64,000 nucleotides of DNA, from contig OX597823.1 of NCBI GenBank assembly GCA_951406725.2, positions 105,214,001 to 105,278,000 on the forward strand, given 5' to 3'. This stretch comes from Octopus vulgaris (lineage: Eukaryota). The position numbers and the translations under genes are program-made. Under the pieces are notes generated by a model that was not told where the DNA came from, searched no databases, and saw only the letters and a list, made by a program, of their open reading frames with translations. Below are positions 39,741-53,972 of the stretch, piece after piece. Positions within the stretch are counted from its first letter, which is position 1. The number at the start of each line of letters is the position of its first letter.

Positions 39741-40986
39741 TAACCAGCACCTGCTTCTATAGAGCCTTGTGAGCCTCGGAAGGAAATATTTTTTTAGGCA
39801 TGGCTGTGTGGTGGAGAAACTTGCTTCACAGTGACATATTTTAGGGTTCAGTTTTACTATGTAGCACCTTGGGCAAGTATCTTCTACTACAGCCCCAGGT
39901 TGGCCAAAGTCTTGTGAATGGATTTAGTGGATGGAAACTGAAAATAGCACAATCGTATGTATGTGCACATGTGTGTGTGCATGCATGCATGTGTGTGTGT
40001 GTGCATGCACGCATGTGTGTGTGTGTGTGTGTGTTTATGTCTCTTCAGCTTGATATTGTATGATTGTTGCAAAGGATTGTCATTCGTTTCCGGTATTCGG
40101 TGGAAACATGTCTGGCTACAGAGAAATATTAGCTTGCTTGGAAAAACGGTAAGGGTCAGCGACAGGAAGAACATCTGGCTGTCAAAAATCTGCCTCATGG
40201 GAGAATGGAAAAGTGGATGTTAAAGCAATGATGATGACGATGATGACAATGATGATGATGATGATGAAGCTGTATGTGCACCTACCATGTATGCAATCTA
40301 TCTTCCTTGTCAGCCTCCTTCTGATCCTGCTACACCTCTTCTGTATCCATAATTTACAGTGGTTATGCTATAGGAAATTACTAACTACTCTTTTTTTTTA
40401 TTTGACATATCTAGCACATCAACATTCCTGATTATAATAGGGTCCGGGCTTCTTTACTGCTAACTAAAACTTTTGCTAGGTTTACTTTGAAGCCTTCCAA
40501 TTCTGTCTTTTTTCTTCCAAGTTTGGAATTTAATTGAATCAGGGGTGCAACCATGATGTTCTTGTGATCTTATGAGCTAGCTTTCTTTATCTGCATTAAT
40601 TTTGATTTTGTTTGGTGACATGCATAACATGCATATCAGCGCAGATATGTAAATATATATTATGTACAAACATTATCATTATATGAAAAAGGCTGAGAAA
40701 TGGCTATAATCCATTTATAAAGTTTAAAAAGTCATGCTTCCTTACTTTTTATAGTCTGTATACTCCACATGAAATAACTTCATCATTATACCCTTCTCTT
40801 TTGGATTACTATGTAGTCTGTTAGCTGTGTGTCTGTGAGAGGAGCTTTCTGTGATAGCCACATGATTCTATGAACATATATATTACACAGCAATTGTGTA
40901 TATATATACATATAAATATGCATATAGATACATATATAAATATACATATAGATGCATATATATACATATATATATACATATACATA

Positions 40987-41047
<61 letters not shown>

Positions 41048-41119
41048 TAATAAATAAAACATATGCATATATACATACATATATGTACGTACCTATCTCT
41101 ACATGTATATATACATGCA

Positions 41120-41798
41120 TATATGGGTACAGGACACCAAAAAAACGTCGAACACAATGAGAAACGAAAACATAAACACAAAACCAAGGAACTGGACATT
41201 TTTCTTAAACAACGAAAAAATAGAGTAAAGGACAAATAACACAAGGAAAATTCCCCTTCTTCAGTCGCCATGGTTTTATCTACTCTGCATTTCGAAAGTG
41301 AAGGCGATGCGATACGCATCTTCGATAGAAACTTTCTTTCCCACGAAAAGCAAATTAAATAAAATTTGAGATCTTTTTGCGGAGGGGTAAAAATGGTAAC
41401 AAAAACAGGACAGTAACGACAGTACAAAATATAAACAGTAAAAGACAGGACAAGGAGAATAATAAGACAAGAAGGGCTGTTAAGCCGAACGAGATAGTGT
41501 TACGAACGCTATTTTTGAGAATGGCGAAGGAGCAACAGAAAATGCCATCTACACTTCAAGGATATATATATATATATATATATAGTTAATCCAAACAAGA
41601 AAACACAGAAAAAAACACAGCAACGCGAGGACATGGAACAATTAAAGTATTATTTGATGCTCAGGAAAGAAGGGAAGGAGGGTTTAACGTTTCGAGCGGA
41701 GCTCTTCATCGGAAACAAAGGAGAAGGAAAGATCCCGAGAAGGGAAGACAGAGGAAAAAAATTTTTTTGCTGGTGGTGCTCAAGAGATCACATATATA

Positions 41799-41838
<40 letters not shown>

Positions 41839-41990
41839 ATATCATACGTGGATTGTTGATAATTTTTCCTTATCTTCCTTTCTGTCTCTTTGGACTGTCC
41901 TCTTTCTGATGAAGAGCTATGCTTGAAACATTAACAACTCTCTCTTTTTGCTGAATGTCAAATTAATAGATTGATTGTGCATGTCCTAAT
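41120..41990. mobile_element. Cluster of Penelope-like terminal-repeat fragments in (TA)n/(TG)n, with two hammerhead-like motifs
   Basis: Motifs at 41682-41716 (-) and 41902-41936 (+). CpG-retaining blocks are bounded by microsatellites. No RT ORF is present. Confidence 0.6.
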
Positions 41991-42073
41991 GTTCCTTTTT
42001 TTTGTTTTCTTTTATTTGAATTGTTTGTTTATTTGAACTGACTACATATATACATACATACATACATATGTAT

Positions 42074-42217
<144 letters not shown>

Positions 42218-42739
42218 AAATATATATACTTATATATATATATATATATATGTATATGTATGTATTTATATATATACATATATACATATATACACACACA
42301 CACACATACAAAATTTTATAGAATTCTATGAAATTCTATGAAATTTTTTCCTACATAAGTAATAAAACATGAAAATTAATCAATGATCCTAAATACTATT
42401 CTTTAATATATTATGAAAAATGAAGAATATTATTTTCAGTTGTTATATGTCTATAAATTTGCAGTTATATTGTAAATAGACTCAACATAAAATGTCTTCA
42501 TGTGGACATTTTTGGAACATTTTTCATTGTTACATTGTTCTCCTTAATTGCAAAGTATTTTGGTAAAACATTTTATTTTCGAGGCACAATTGGAAAACTT
42601 TGCTTTGTTTATATTTTTGATCCAGTCAAATTTGAACTTTCCTCTGCAAAAATAACCAAAATTGAATTCTTTTATTGTTCTCTCAATGTTCAAGTTAATA
42701 AAGGATAAAAAAAAGAAGCTAAATAACTATAACACTTAC

Positions 42740-43000
42740 CTGTCTGGTGGCCACCGACAGTCAATCGGATAGACAAACAGACAGACAGACACTTTTTAAA
42801 ATGTAGGTTTCTATGTGTGTGTATATGCGTGTGTATGTGTGTTGTGTGTGTGTGTGTGTGTATTTGTGTATTTATGTGTATGTATGTGTGTGTGTGTGTA
42901 ATTGTTTCCATAAATATTGATTTATCACTCTCTGCCACTTCTCTCTCACTCACTCTCTCTCTCTCTCTCTCTCTCTCCATTACACATTCCCTAACTGCTG
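42740..43000 (-). other. Candidate alternative 5' exon of the minus-strand gene
   Basis: Perfect donor CAG|GTAAGT (intron starts 42739). The upstream frame MERERE...IRLTVGGHQT ends in phase 1. The 5' boundary is unknown. Confidence 0.3.
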
Positions 43001-43974
43001 AGCTTCTTTCCTGTTCTGCCCTCTTTCACTACCTTCAAACACACACACACACACACACCACCACACATCACACACTCACAGATGCATACATATACACACC
43101 ACCACACATCACACACTCACAGATGCATACACATACACATGCACCACACATCAGAGTTCACCTCTTCTCGTACACTGAATTTACAGCATGTTTTCCTGCA
43201 AACTCACATATTGATTTTAGCTAATGATATTACAACAGAGTTTAAGGGCTCAGGCCTCTAATGACCTCAAAATATTACTGGCCCCTAGCACAATAAACGT
43301 TCAACCATATTTCAATGCAAATGGCATATCAAAATAGAAGGGGGTAAAAATGAACAAAGTAAAACAGCCATTGTTTGGGGCTGTGTTCAGCTTTTTCAAT
43401 AATGCAACAATGAATTTTAATAATGTGCTTTATTACAAAATTGGATGCATATGACTTCAAGTAACATTTATTTATCAATATGTACACACCCATCCACCCA
43501 CACACACAGATAGATTGATAGATAGATATCATCATCATAATCATCATTGCTGTCATCATCATCATCATAATCATCATCACCGTTGTCATTGTCATCGTCA
43601 TCATCATCATCATCATCATCATCATCGTCATCATCACCGTCATTACTGTAATCATTGTCATCATCATCATTGTCATCTTCACCACCACTGCCCCCCATCA
43701 TCATCATCATAATCATCATCACCGTTATCATTGTCATCTTCGCCACCCCCACTCCCATCATCATCATCATCATCATCATTATCATCAAAATCAAATCTAC
43801 TTTCCCACATTTGTATTGATCAGACAAAACTGTCTCAGAGTAGATTATTCCGTGGCCAAATTTTCTTCCTGTTATCAATTCTCCTCACCTGTTTCCAGGT
43901 AAGCTGATATCTCTTCTGGTGTTTGAATAATAAATGACACCTTTATCACACAAGTTTTCACTGAAGATTGCTAA

Positions 43975-44400
43975 TAGGTGCAGGAGTGGCTGTGTGGTGA
44001 GTAGCTTGCTTACCAACCACATGGTTCTGGGTTCAGTCCCACTGAATGGCACCTTGGGCAAGTGTCTTCTACGATAGCCTCGAGCTGACCAAAGCCTTGT
44101 GAGTGGATTTTGTAGACGGAAACTGAAGGAAGCTCGTCATGTATATGTATATATATATGTGTGTGTGTGTATATGTTTGTGTGTCTGTGTTTGTTCCCCT
44201 AACATTGCTTGACAACTGATGCTGATGTGTTTACTTCCCTGTAACTTAGCGGTTTGGTAAAAGAGACCGATAGAATAAGTACTAGGCTTACAAAGAATAA
44301 GTCCTGGGGTTGATTTGCTTGACTAAAGGTGGTGCTCCAGCATGGCCACAGTCAAATGACTGAAACAAGTAAAAGAGTAAAAGGGAGAGTAAAAGAGAGT
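43975..44400 (+). mobile_element. SINE family B, full length (reference copy)
   Basis: Head GGAGTGGCTGTGTGGT...GGGTTCAGTCCC, centre GCACCTTGGGCAAGTGTCTT, internal (TG)n, tail GGTGGTGCTCCAGCATGGCCACAG...(GTAAAAGA)n. Confidence 0.9.
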
Positions 44401-44529
44401 AATAAGTGACACTGTTTTTATATAACAGTGGCTTTAGTTTACACTGAATGTGCTCACAACAGGACAAGAAAAAACACACACATGCTCATTCTACATACAC
44501 GTACATACTTATGTAGTGATATATATATA

Positions 44530-45930
44530 TATGTATATCATTAGTTTCAATGGTGTGGGTGACAGAACATGGGTGTGTGTTGTCATGGCAGTATGTGAGT
44601 GTGTGTTGTCGTGTAGCAATATTTGCTTTGACAACAGACCCCCAGCGTCTGGTGTGATTTGCTGGTTTCAATTTTCTTGGCCAGCATTTCACTATAGCCT
44701 TCACTGGTGATTGTAGACCCCTTTTCCAGATAACGTTCCTGTATTGCCTCCCATAAAACGGTTAGTATCCCTTTTTCTGCGGATGGTAGGGTCTTGAATT
44801 TCTTTCCTGCTGGCGATTACAAGTGTTTCGACTCCATATTCTGCCTTTAGAGTCTTGGTTCAAAGTCATAGACTCAGGTCTCATCTCCTATGACTATTCT
44901 CTTCAATAAAGCTTTGTCTTCATTGTTGCAGTGGTTGAGGAATCATTGACAGATCTCCACATAATTGTCATCATCATCATCATCACGTTTAACGTCCGCT
45001 TTCCATGCTAGCATGGGTTGGACGATTTTGACTGTGGGCCGGCAAACCAGATGGCTGCACCAGGCTCGAATCTTTATTTGGCAGAGTTTCTACAGCTGGA
45101 TGCCCTTTTTAATGCCAACCACTCAGAGAGTGTAGTGGGTGCTTTTTATGTGCCACTGGCATGGGGGCCAGTCAGGCAGTACTGGCAATGACCTTGCTCG
45201 AATCTTTTTACACATGCCACCAACACAGGTGCCAGTAAGGCGGCATTGGTAATGATCATGCTTGAATGGTGCCCTTTTACGTGCCAATGGCACGGAAGCC
45301 AGTTGGCTGCTCTGGCAACGATCATGCTCGTATGGTACTCTTTGCACCCCGCTAGCACGGAAGCCAGTTGGCTGCTCTGGCAACGATCATGCTCGGATGG
45401 TACTCTTTGCACCCCGATAGCAAGGATGCCAGTCATCGAATGTGATTTTGATTTCAATTGTGCTTATGCTTATGCATTTTGGTAAGCTCTCTTAGCACCC
45501 ATCTCACACAGACTTGACATAAGCAAATGTTATCATGGATGATATATAAGCAGGACCATGACTAATTTGAAGAAAACATGCCATCTCATCAATGGTCACT
45601 CATTTGTTTGCCTGATCGATCTCTTGAGCTTGTTGAAACGTTTTGATTTACTCATTCACACTTCTATTCAGTAGAGTACTGTCTCCTTATTGCACCGAAA
45701 GCCTGTGATGAATTTTAGCCCTGACACACCTCAGACCAGAAAAATCAGATTGTTGATCTCTGTTCTTCTTTTGTGCACACTATCAGCAGAAAGGCCATGT
45801 CTACGCTGTAACACAAAGAAGAAAACTGGAGCGATCAAGGCAAACCTTGGTTACGTAAACACAGGAGAACCACCTTTTAGCGTGTGAGCACTACAAGCAG
45901 TGTGCCCAACCGAAAGAAAGTTTGGGGGAA
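44530..45930 (-). mobile_element. Degenerate mariner transposon (third family), split by an RTE 3' fragment at about 44968-45460
   Basis: CTKEEQRS, VTIDEMACFLQISHG, RWVLREL, LLKRIVIGDET*VYDFEP and LLHDNTHSHTA. Confidence 0.85.
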
Positions 45931-46114
45931 AATGCAAATAGTTATTTATCTTCTCTTTTATGTATATAAATGTGTGTGCATGTGTGTATGTCTGTGTGTA
46001 TGTATATATATAGTTATTGCAAATAACACCAAAATGAGCCTTTTATTTACAAACATTTGAGCAAAACATGTGCAACCAGAAGGGACATGATATCACTTGC
46101 ACAAGTATACATAC

Positions 46115-46220
<106 letters not shown>

Positions 46221-46275
46221 GTATGTATGTGTGTATATATATATATATATGTGTGTATGTATGTATGTATATATA

Positions 46276-46311
<36 letters not shown>

Positions 46312-46325
46312 TGTATGTATATCTA

Positions 46326-47810
46326 TTGGGTCATCCCATAAATATATACGGTTTTTCAATTGCATGAAAAGTCAGAGGGGGAGGGGATAAACTACTTGCA
46401 TCAACTTGCTATAAATGAAGGAAGTAATTTTACCTTGTGCTTATTCTTTGTGCAAGTTTTGAAATGTTCAGTTTGATTTTAACAGTTATTTTTTGAAAGC
46501 CATAATGGAAATGACAAAGCAGCATATTCAGCATAAAATGCTTAATGGGTTCAATAAAGAAGACAACACAATGGAAAGTGCGAGGAATATTAAAGCAGTA
46601 TATGGAGATCAAACAATAGGCGTAAGCCATTGTCAGTGGTGGTTCCAGAAATCCCAAGCCAGAAATTACAGCCTAGAAGATGAGCCTCAGCCTGAATGAT
46701 GTGTAGAGCTCAACGAGGACATCCTGGAAACCCTGGTGGAAAGGAGTTAATTACTCAGTTCATAAGTGGAATATCTGTGGTGATTTAAAGGTGTTTTCCC
46801 TTCCTCCTAGACCTGCAAGTGGGACATACCGAAAATATGTGCTTCTTGTGTGTTTAGAACAACCACGACAACAGCAATCATTACACAGTAAAAGACTGGC
46901 CTAAAAGAGATGAGTACATATGTCACTGGTAGAGCCACAAAAGATCTTCCTTCCACTCCATCACATCAAACTTGGCCTCAGGAAAAACTTTGTAAAAGCA
47001 ATGGCACATGATGGTTGTGGTTTCCAGTATCGAAGAGTAAAATTTGGTGCAGAGAAAAGTGACACAAAACTGAAAGCAGGCATTTTCATTGGACCCGAGA
47101 TTAGAGAATTGATATCTGATAGCAAATTCAGAGGTAAACTGAATCCAGTTGAGCTGATGGGATTCATTTGGGTTAGTTGTACAGAACTTTCGTGGAAATC
47201 ATAGAGTTGAAAACTATGCTGGTTTGATAAACAATATGCTAACAGTGTATGAAAGAATGGGATGCCAAATGTCCTTTAAAATGCACTTCTTGCATTCTCA
47301 TCTCAATTTTTTTCCAACGGAATCTTGGTGCCCTTATTGATGAGTATGGTGAGGTTCCACCAGGACATGTCTGAGATGGAAATAAGGTATCAAGGCCAGT
47401 TCAATCCACACATGATGGGTGACTACTGCTGGTTCCTACAACGGGAGAACAGTACGACACATAAGCGCAAGAGTATTCCCTTAATATGAAGATACTATGT
47501 ACCATTATATTATAATACTATTTGCTTTGAACATAAATATACTACATACAGTATTAATATACTATTATAATAGTTATTTATCTTGAACTTAACTATTCCT
47601 GATTCTAATATAGTATCAATATATAATTACATGCATAATTCAAAATCCTGATGTGCTACAGAAATTCTGAGTTCTGATTCATAATCAGATGCGTAATCTG
47701 GTTCGTAATCTGATGCATACTCAGTTTAGTTTAGTAAAGCACCATTTGTCTGAGTAGCAAGACAATAAATCTTTGTTTTGCTGCCCAGTATTATTTAGGG
47801 GATGATCTAA
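46326..47810 (+). mobile_element. Mariner element with both TIRs, internally replaced by a Chapaev3-like fragment
   Basis: TA|TTGGGTCATCCCATAAATA ... TATTTAGGGGATGATCTAA|TA (16/19 match). Mariner N-terminus MEMTKQHIQH...CQWWFQK...SLEDE at about 46500-46740. Confidence 0.8.
46745..47790 (+). mobile_element. Chapaev3-like (CMC/Transib-related) transposase 3' part with right end
   Basis: LPLHHIKLGLRKNFVKAM, KLKAGIFIGPEIREL, MSFKMHFLHSHL, FHQDMSEMEIRYQG and MMGDYCW. Ends TTTTGCTGCCCAGTA. The family assignment is from recall of this motif set. Confidence 0.65.
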
Positions 47811-47879
47811 TATATATTACTCTACTCCCTTGAGAGAAAACTCAAAAACTATGCAGTGATTTACATATGGAAGATCCTG

Positions 47880-48115
47880 GAAGGTCTAGCTCCCAACTTT
47901 GGAACTGAAAGCTATAGAAAGCATCAAACTGGATGGAAGTGTATAGCACTTAGAACCAAAGATCTCATCTCTATCTAGAATAAGGACCCAGTATTGTAAC
48001 AACTTAAGTTTAAAGGGTCCACTACTATTCACCATTCTGCTCAACAACTTTAGAGATCTCTGAAGTGTAAATGTGGTGGTTTTCATAGAACATTTGAATA
48101 TATATTTATTGGCAA
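47880..48115 (+). mobile_element. Old CR1-clade LINE 3' fragment
   Basis: LSLKGPLLFTILLNNFRDL resembles 24430-24480. Confidence 0.5.
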
Positions 48116-48117
48116 TA

Positions 48118-48960
48118 CAGAGGAACGAAAGGAGAATAGGTACAAAAAACTAACCGAAGAGTGCAGAGAACAGGGATGGAATGTCGAGTATTACCACCTG
48201 GCAGTGGGAGCTAGGGGCTTCATTGAAAGGAAAATGACAACGGTATTCAAAAGAAGATTTGTTTTTTCTAGCACGGAGCTGAGAAAACTAATAAGGAGAA
48301 TACAGGAGGCGGTCGAAAAAGCCAACTTCTATATATGGTTGAAGCGAGAAGACCAACAATGGCTTGAAAGTCATAACATGCCGGCGGAAAATAACATCAC
48401 CAGGTGAGACAAGCTGACACTGAATTAGCTTCGCTGACTGACAGGTGACAAGCATCTGGAGAATGCGTGGGCTAAGACTACACGCCTTCATTGGTCAGTT
48501 TAAGTTGAGACAGTGTAACATGACAACTTGCTGTGGCTGCCTGCTGGAGCCTAGCAGCAGGTATTTAAAGGGAAAAATTTGACAAGGCCAGGGAACAGAA
48601 GAAAGAAGCCATGCACCCAACACCAGAGTTGAAGACACCTCTGAAAGGAAGTGGGGGGGGCACCACGTCAAAACAGTTGAGGAGTAGGGGCCAAAACCGG
48701 ACGTGGTTCCTCTTGATGATGTTTTGAGCTAACTGGATCCTATAAAGGAGCTGTTGTGGTAGCAGACCACGAAACACAGTTGAAATTCCTCCTGTAGGAT
48801 GAACCCACATCACAGCAGGAGACACAAAGAAGAGCAGCTCTGTGCAACTCGTTACTTCACTAGAAACAATACAGGAAACTAAATCAGTCACACCAAAATG
48901 CTGCTTCAGTAATAAAAGATAAAAGACAGAAGAGAAAGATTGCATCAAAGTCAGGAAATC
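48118..48960 (+). mobile_element. HERO/R2-group LINE C-terminus (RLE endonuclease) with probable 3' UTR
   Basis: EERKENRYKKLTEECREQGWNVEYYHLAVGARGF...IQEAVEKANFYIWLKR. The extent of the UTR is uncertain. Confidence 0.7.
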
Positions 48961-49660
48961 CTAACACGATTCATGTCAGTTTGCTGAAATAACCGTTGTG
49001 CATTGGTGTAACTGATCTTCACACATTATTGTAATAACTGTTGATTATCTTTTAATTATACTCCATATTAGTTTAACAATTGTATGTGTAATAGTAAAAT
49101 TTGCTGTTGACACATCCTTACAAATGTTTGTACTGGTGTAAAAAAAATCTCTTGCATATTGCTGCAAGTATTCTTTGACATGCTATAATATTTACTGTTG
49201 ACAAGTGCAGCATATTAGTGCAGTTAATGGTGACAGATAAGTACAATAAATATTGATGCAACGCAATAAAGATCACATCGTAAGTGCCTTTATGAGATCT
49301 GTAAAGAGAAAATTGTAAAATTGTATCTGCACTGGTTTTGTGGTAGAACATAGTTTCTTGCCACACTAAATTTGATATTCTGTGTGTATTCAAGTAATAA
49401 TTTACTTGAAAAAATAAAAATATTTGTTATTCTATGAGGACAACTGCTTAGAGATACGGAGTGTTTTGCAGATGTGACTTGAGATACAGTTTGTTAGATG
49501 TGACTCTAGTTTATAACCGTTTATATTTTCCACTGCAAGTCTTTAAACTGGTTCTTGTGTTTGATGCAATTTAGCATAGAAATGCATTTATCTTTTTCTT
49601 TTTTTCATCCAAACTACATACACACATGCACACATACATGCATACATGTGTGTACCCCCA

Positions 49661-49698
<38 letters not shown>

Positions 49699-50417
49699 TT
49701 GTATGTGTGTGTGTGTGTGTGTGTAGTTTTATTGTAAGTGAAAAAAGTTTACAAATAGAACCTTTAGAACAATGAAATTGTTTTAAATTCTACAGAGAAA
49801 ATCAGGTGACAAATAATCACGCAGATATTCTCTTCTACTGTAGGCAAAGGGCTGAATTTTGGTGGGAGGGGAGGTAGTCGATTACATCGACACCAGTGCG
49901 CAACTGGTGCTTATTTCATGGACACTGAAAGGATGAAAGGCAAAGTTGACCTTGGTGGAATTTGAACCCAGAACATAAAGACGGACAAAATGCCACCAAG
50001 CATTTTACCCCTCATACTAATGATTGTGTTAGCTCACTTAATAAGCAGATAAATATTAATAAATACTAAAAATTTATAAGCAAATAAATATTCCTTTCTA
50101 CTCTAGGCACAAGGCCCAAAATTTGCGGGGAGACGGACAGTTGATTAGATTGATCCTAGTATGCAACAGGTACTTAATTTATTGACCCCCAAAACAATGA
50201 AAAGCAAAGTCGACCTCAGCAGAATTTGAACTGAAAATGTTTTCAGCTTAAATTTGCTATTCAGGTGCTATTTTCTCTGCTTTGTTTTGCAGTTATGTGC
50301 TTGTATATACATATACATACTTACATATGTGCATGCATACATACATGCATGCATACATACATACATACATACATACATACATACATACATACATACATAC
50401 ATACATACATACATACA

Positions 50418-50449
<32 letters not shown>

Positions 50450-50450
<1 letters not shown>

Positions 50451-51230
50451 TCTTCTCCAGACCCTAACTCTGCCATCTGCTACAAAAATGCAACATTGAC
50501 TTTTGTCAGAGAAAACTACTGTCCTCCACTTCTGATATTGCCAGTCCTGATGTTTTTGAGCCCACTGCAGTTGTGCCCATCAATGACGATCTGGGTGTCG
50601 ACAAGACAGATTAAAAGATCTGTCGGCAGCGAACTGTCTCTGCACAAATGGGTTTGTGCTGAGTCCCCGTGGTTTGCCTAGCTGATTCTGTTACCCTCCG
50701 GAATCGGTCTTGCGAATGCCATTGGTGCAGGTAGTGACCTTGAAATGCCATTGTAGCCTTCGGTTGGCAACTGCGTGGACAATTGTCCGTGCTCTTTGTG
50801 GCATTGTATTGCATAATGCCACTCATTACGGCAGTTCAAGTCATTAGCAATGACCCATGGACATTGACCAGCATGGAGACATCCAATGGCTTGCTCCCTC
50901 TGATTCTGTGTCAGTCTTTGCATGCTTGCTGTATTTGGGAAATGAATGACAGGCTGAGAAATTTGGGTGCCTTTTATACTCAACAAGTCAAAGTTTTCCA
51001 CATGCATCATGCTTTTCATAAAGATGTGTTCGTGAGCATTACCATATTCATGGAAAGTGAGCGAGTTTGAACCCTACATGCAATTCTTGTGTTTTCAAAA
51101 GAGAGTGGTGCTGTGGGTCAATGACATCTTCCTGATGTCAAATTACCTAGAAATGTGATAAAATCCATATAGTCTCAATATCCTGTGTGAAACAAATAAT
51201 CTTTTACCATGCAACATTTCTTTCGAATAT
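50450..51230 (-). mobile_element. Tc1-like transposon 5' part
   Basis: MQRLTQNQREQAIGCLHAG (HTH), PICAETVR and KWRTVVFSDKS...DGRVRVWRR. Confidence 0.85.
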
Positions 51231-51240
51231 ATATATATAT

Positions 51241-51278
<38 letters not shown>

Positions 51279-52757
51279 GTTAATGCATGCAAAAATAATG
51301 TACAGAACAAAAGTGAAGAGAATGGAATAAAAGTGACTTTGAACAAATGTTTTAGAATATCCACGGATGTGCATTCATTTCTGAGAATCTGCTTCAGCTG
51401 TTAAACTCAGAATAGCTGAATCAGTAGAAGAATGTACCAATTGCTACCTCTGTGTTACATTGACCAGTTGTTCTAGAGCAACAAACCATTTTCGCTTCTT
51501 TTCTATATATGGACTATATTTAGAGAAGAGTTTACTTTCCTTCATTTTTCTGTTCTTTTTTTTTCTTGCCAGAGGCAGTCAATATTTCTATCTGTTAAGA
51601 TGTAACCAGAGATATCACTGAAATTTATTGCTTAATATCTGAATATCCACCACATACATCTATTGGCCACAAAACAATATAAACCATTATGTGAATAAAT
51701 ACCACACACACACACACATACACACACTACATTACTGAAATTATTCCCCCACCTTCTTATATGCTATATACTTTAGCAAAAATAAAAAAAGAGAAAAAAT
51801 AGCAAAAACAGAAAACTACCAAAAATTATTCATGTCAATTTATAATCTTTTTGACGAGATAAAATAAATAATATCAGATAGCATTACACACATAATTTTC
51901 TCAGAAATGCATTAATTTTAATTTCTTTTGACTCTCAGCAGAAGATCAATTTTTTTTTCCTTTATGTAGAAAATGGTAAAGGTGGATGGGCAGGGAATGG
52001 GGAATCCTATATTCATTTAGATCATGTCTACTATATTACTCATACTTATTTTAGGTGACCTCTGAATCGATAAACAGAAGCTACAGTTGACCTGCAGTTT
52101 GTTTACTTCATTTCATGTAGCTGTTTGGGGTACTCCATCTGTAATGATGATGAACTTTCCAGTTGATCTAATCAATGGAACAATCTGCTTATGAAATTAA
52201 TGTGCAAGTGGCCGAGTATTCCACAGACACATGTACCCTTAACGTAGTTGTCAAGGAAATTCAATGTGACACACCAAATGTGACAAAGCTGGCTCATTGA
52301 ACTACATGTACAATTCTCCTTTGCCAGCTGAGTGGACTGGAGCAATGTAAAATAAAGAGTCTTGCTCAAGGATGCAATGATCATGAGCAACTAAATCACA
52401 GACCTTCATAATTTTATATCACAATTTGTAAGCGATATTAGCGTTGGTTACAGGCTTTGAATGAGCCATTCACTGGTTCATGAAATTTCTGATGGCATGA
52501 GTTACAAGGGAGTGTCAGTAACTCAGTTGAGAACAAATATTTCAAAAATGTCATTGTTTGAAAAAATCAGAAGTCTTTTAGTTTTCTTGTCAATGCAAAA
52601 ATAATAATGAACAGAAGATATTCACGTTATCATCATCATTTTCATTATCATCATTATTCTAATGCTTACATGGTTCAGATTAAGTTTGTTGAAGCAGAAT
52701 TTTCCTGAATATATTGCCTTTAATAATAATAATGATGATGATGATGATGATGATGAT

Positions 52758-52793
<36 letters not shown>

Positions 52794-53102
52794 TTAACGT
52801 CCGTTTTTCCATGCTAGCATGGTTTGGATGGTTCGACCGGGGTCTGGGAAGTCAGGAGGCTGTGCCAAGAGGCTGCGCCAGGCTCAATAAACCCTTCTAT
52901 TATAGGCACAAGGCCTAAAATTTTGGGGAAGGTATAGTTGATTACATGAAACCAAATATTCAACTGGCACTTAATTTATCACCCCCCAAAATGATGCAAA
53001 GCAAAGTTGACCCTGGTGGAATTTGAACTCAGAATGTGAAGATGGATGAAATACTGCTAAGCATTTTGCCTAGCATGCTAACAATTCTGCCAGGCTTGCC
53101 GC

Positions 53103-53162
<60 letters not shown>

Positions 53163-53177
53163 GTAATAATAATAATG

Positions 53178-53219
<42 letters not shown>

Positions 53220-53237
53220 GTAGTAGTAGTAGTAGTA

Positions 53238-53294
<57 letters not shown>

Positions 53295-53598
53295 GTGTTA
53301 TCATGTACATTGTTTTGTCTTGGTATAAAAGATGGGCTACAGTAAATATTCTGCTCAATACCACAGATTTGCTCGTTAGTTGTTTAACCGTAACCAGTTG
53401 AGCATGTCCCTTAGTGGCTGACGATATGTGCATCTCTGATCATGTAGTGGGGGAGCATCATAGCCATGTATTGAAAGGAATTCTTTGGGGTTTGAATAAT
53501 TCAGCTCTGGAAACATGGGTGTTTCGTTCAACATCTTTAAACAACCCTTATTCAGGGACCTTTTGAGTGGGATGGGTTACTCAACCAGAAGAAAATTT

Positions 53599-53972
53599 GG
53601 ATCTTTTCGGTTTGTAACTAAAAAATTTTAAACTTCGTATACTGGTAGAATGTGTTTATAAAACATCTTTTTCTCTTGGCTTTATTGAGAAAATTCTATA
53701 GTTTGTGAGATATTTCAACCTATCAGTGATGTCTATTGAGTTAAAAAGCATTCTGTGCCGTATGAATATGTCCCTCGTTTAAGAAACAGATTGGGTTTAT
53801 TTACATTTGTGAAGAAAAAAAGATACCCTTCCCCCACCCCTAATCCTAACCCTAACTAACTCTAACCTTAAAAGAGATTGAAATGTAATAGATCGATTCT
53901 AGGGTCATAATTATGGGTGACAATTTCATATGACACTGCTAGAAAAAACTGCCGTTCAAACCGAGAAGATCT
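53599..53972. mobile_element. Merlin-like MITE inserted in the 53295-54160 repeat
   Basis: TIRs GGATCTTTTCGGTTTG / CAAACCGAGAAGATCT with 8-bp TSD GAAAATTT/GAAAATTC. The empty site GAAAATTC is seen in the paralog near 12577. Confidence 0.75.

Noticed and set aside
41255-41335. Permuted hammerhead-like CGAAA...CTGAAGA on the minus strand
   Set aside because: No convincing helix III or UH cleavage site.
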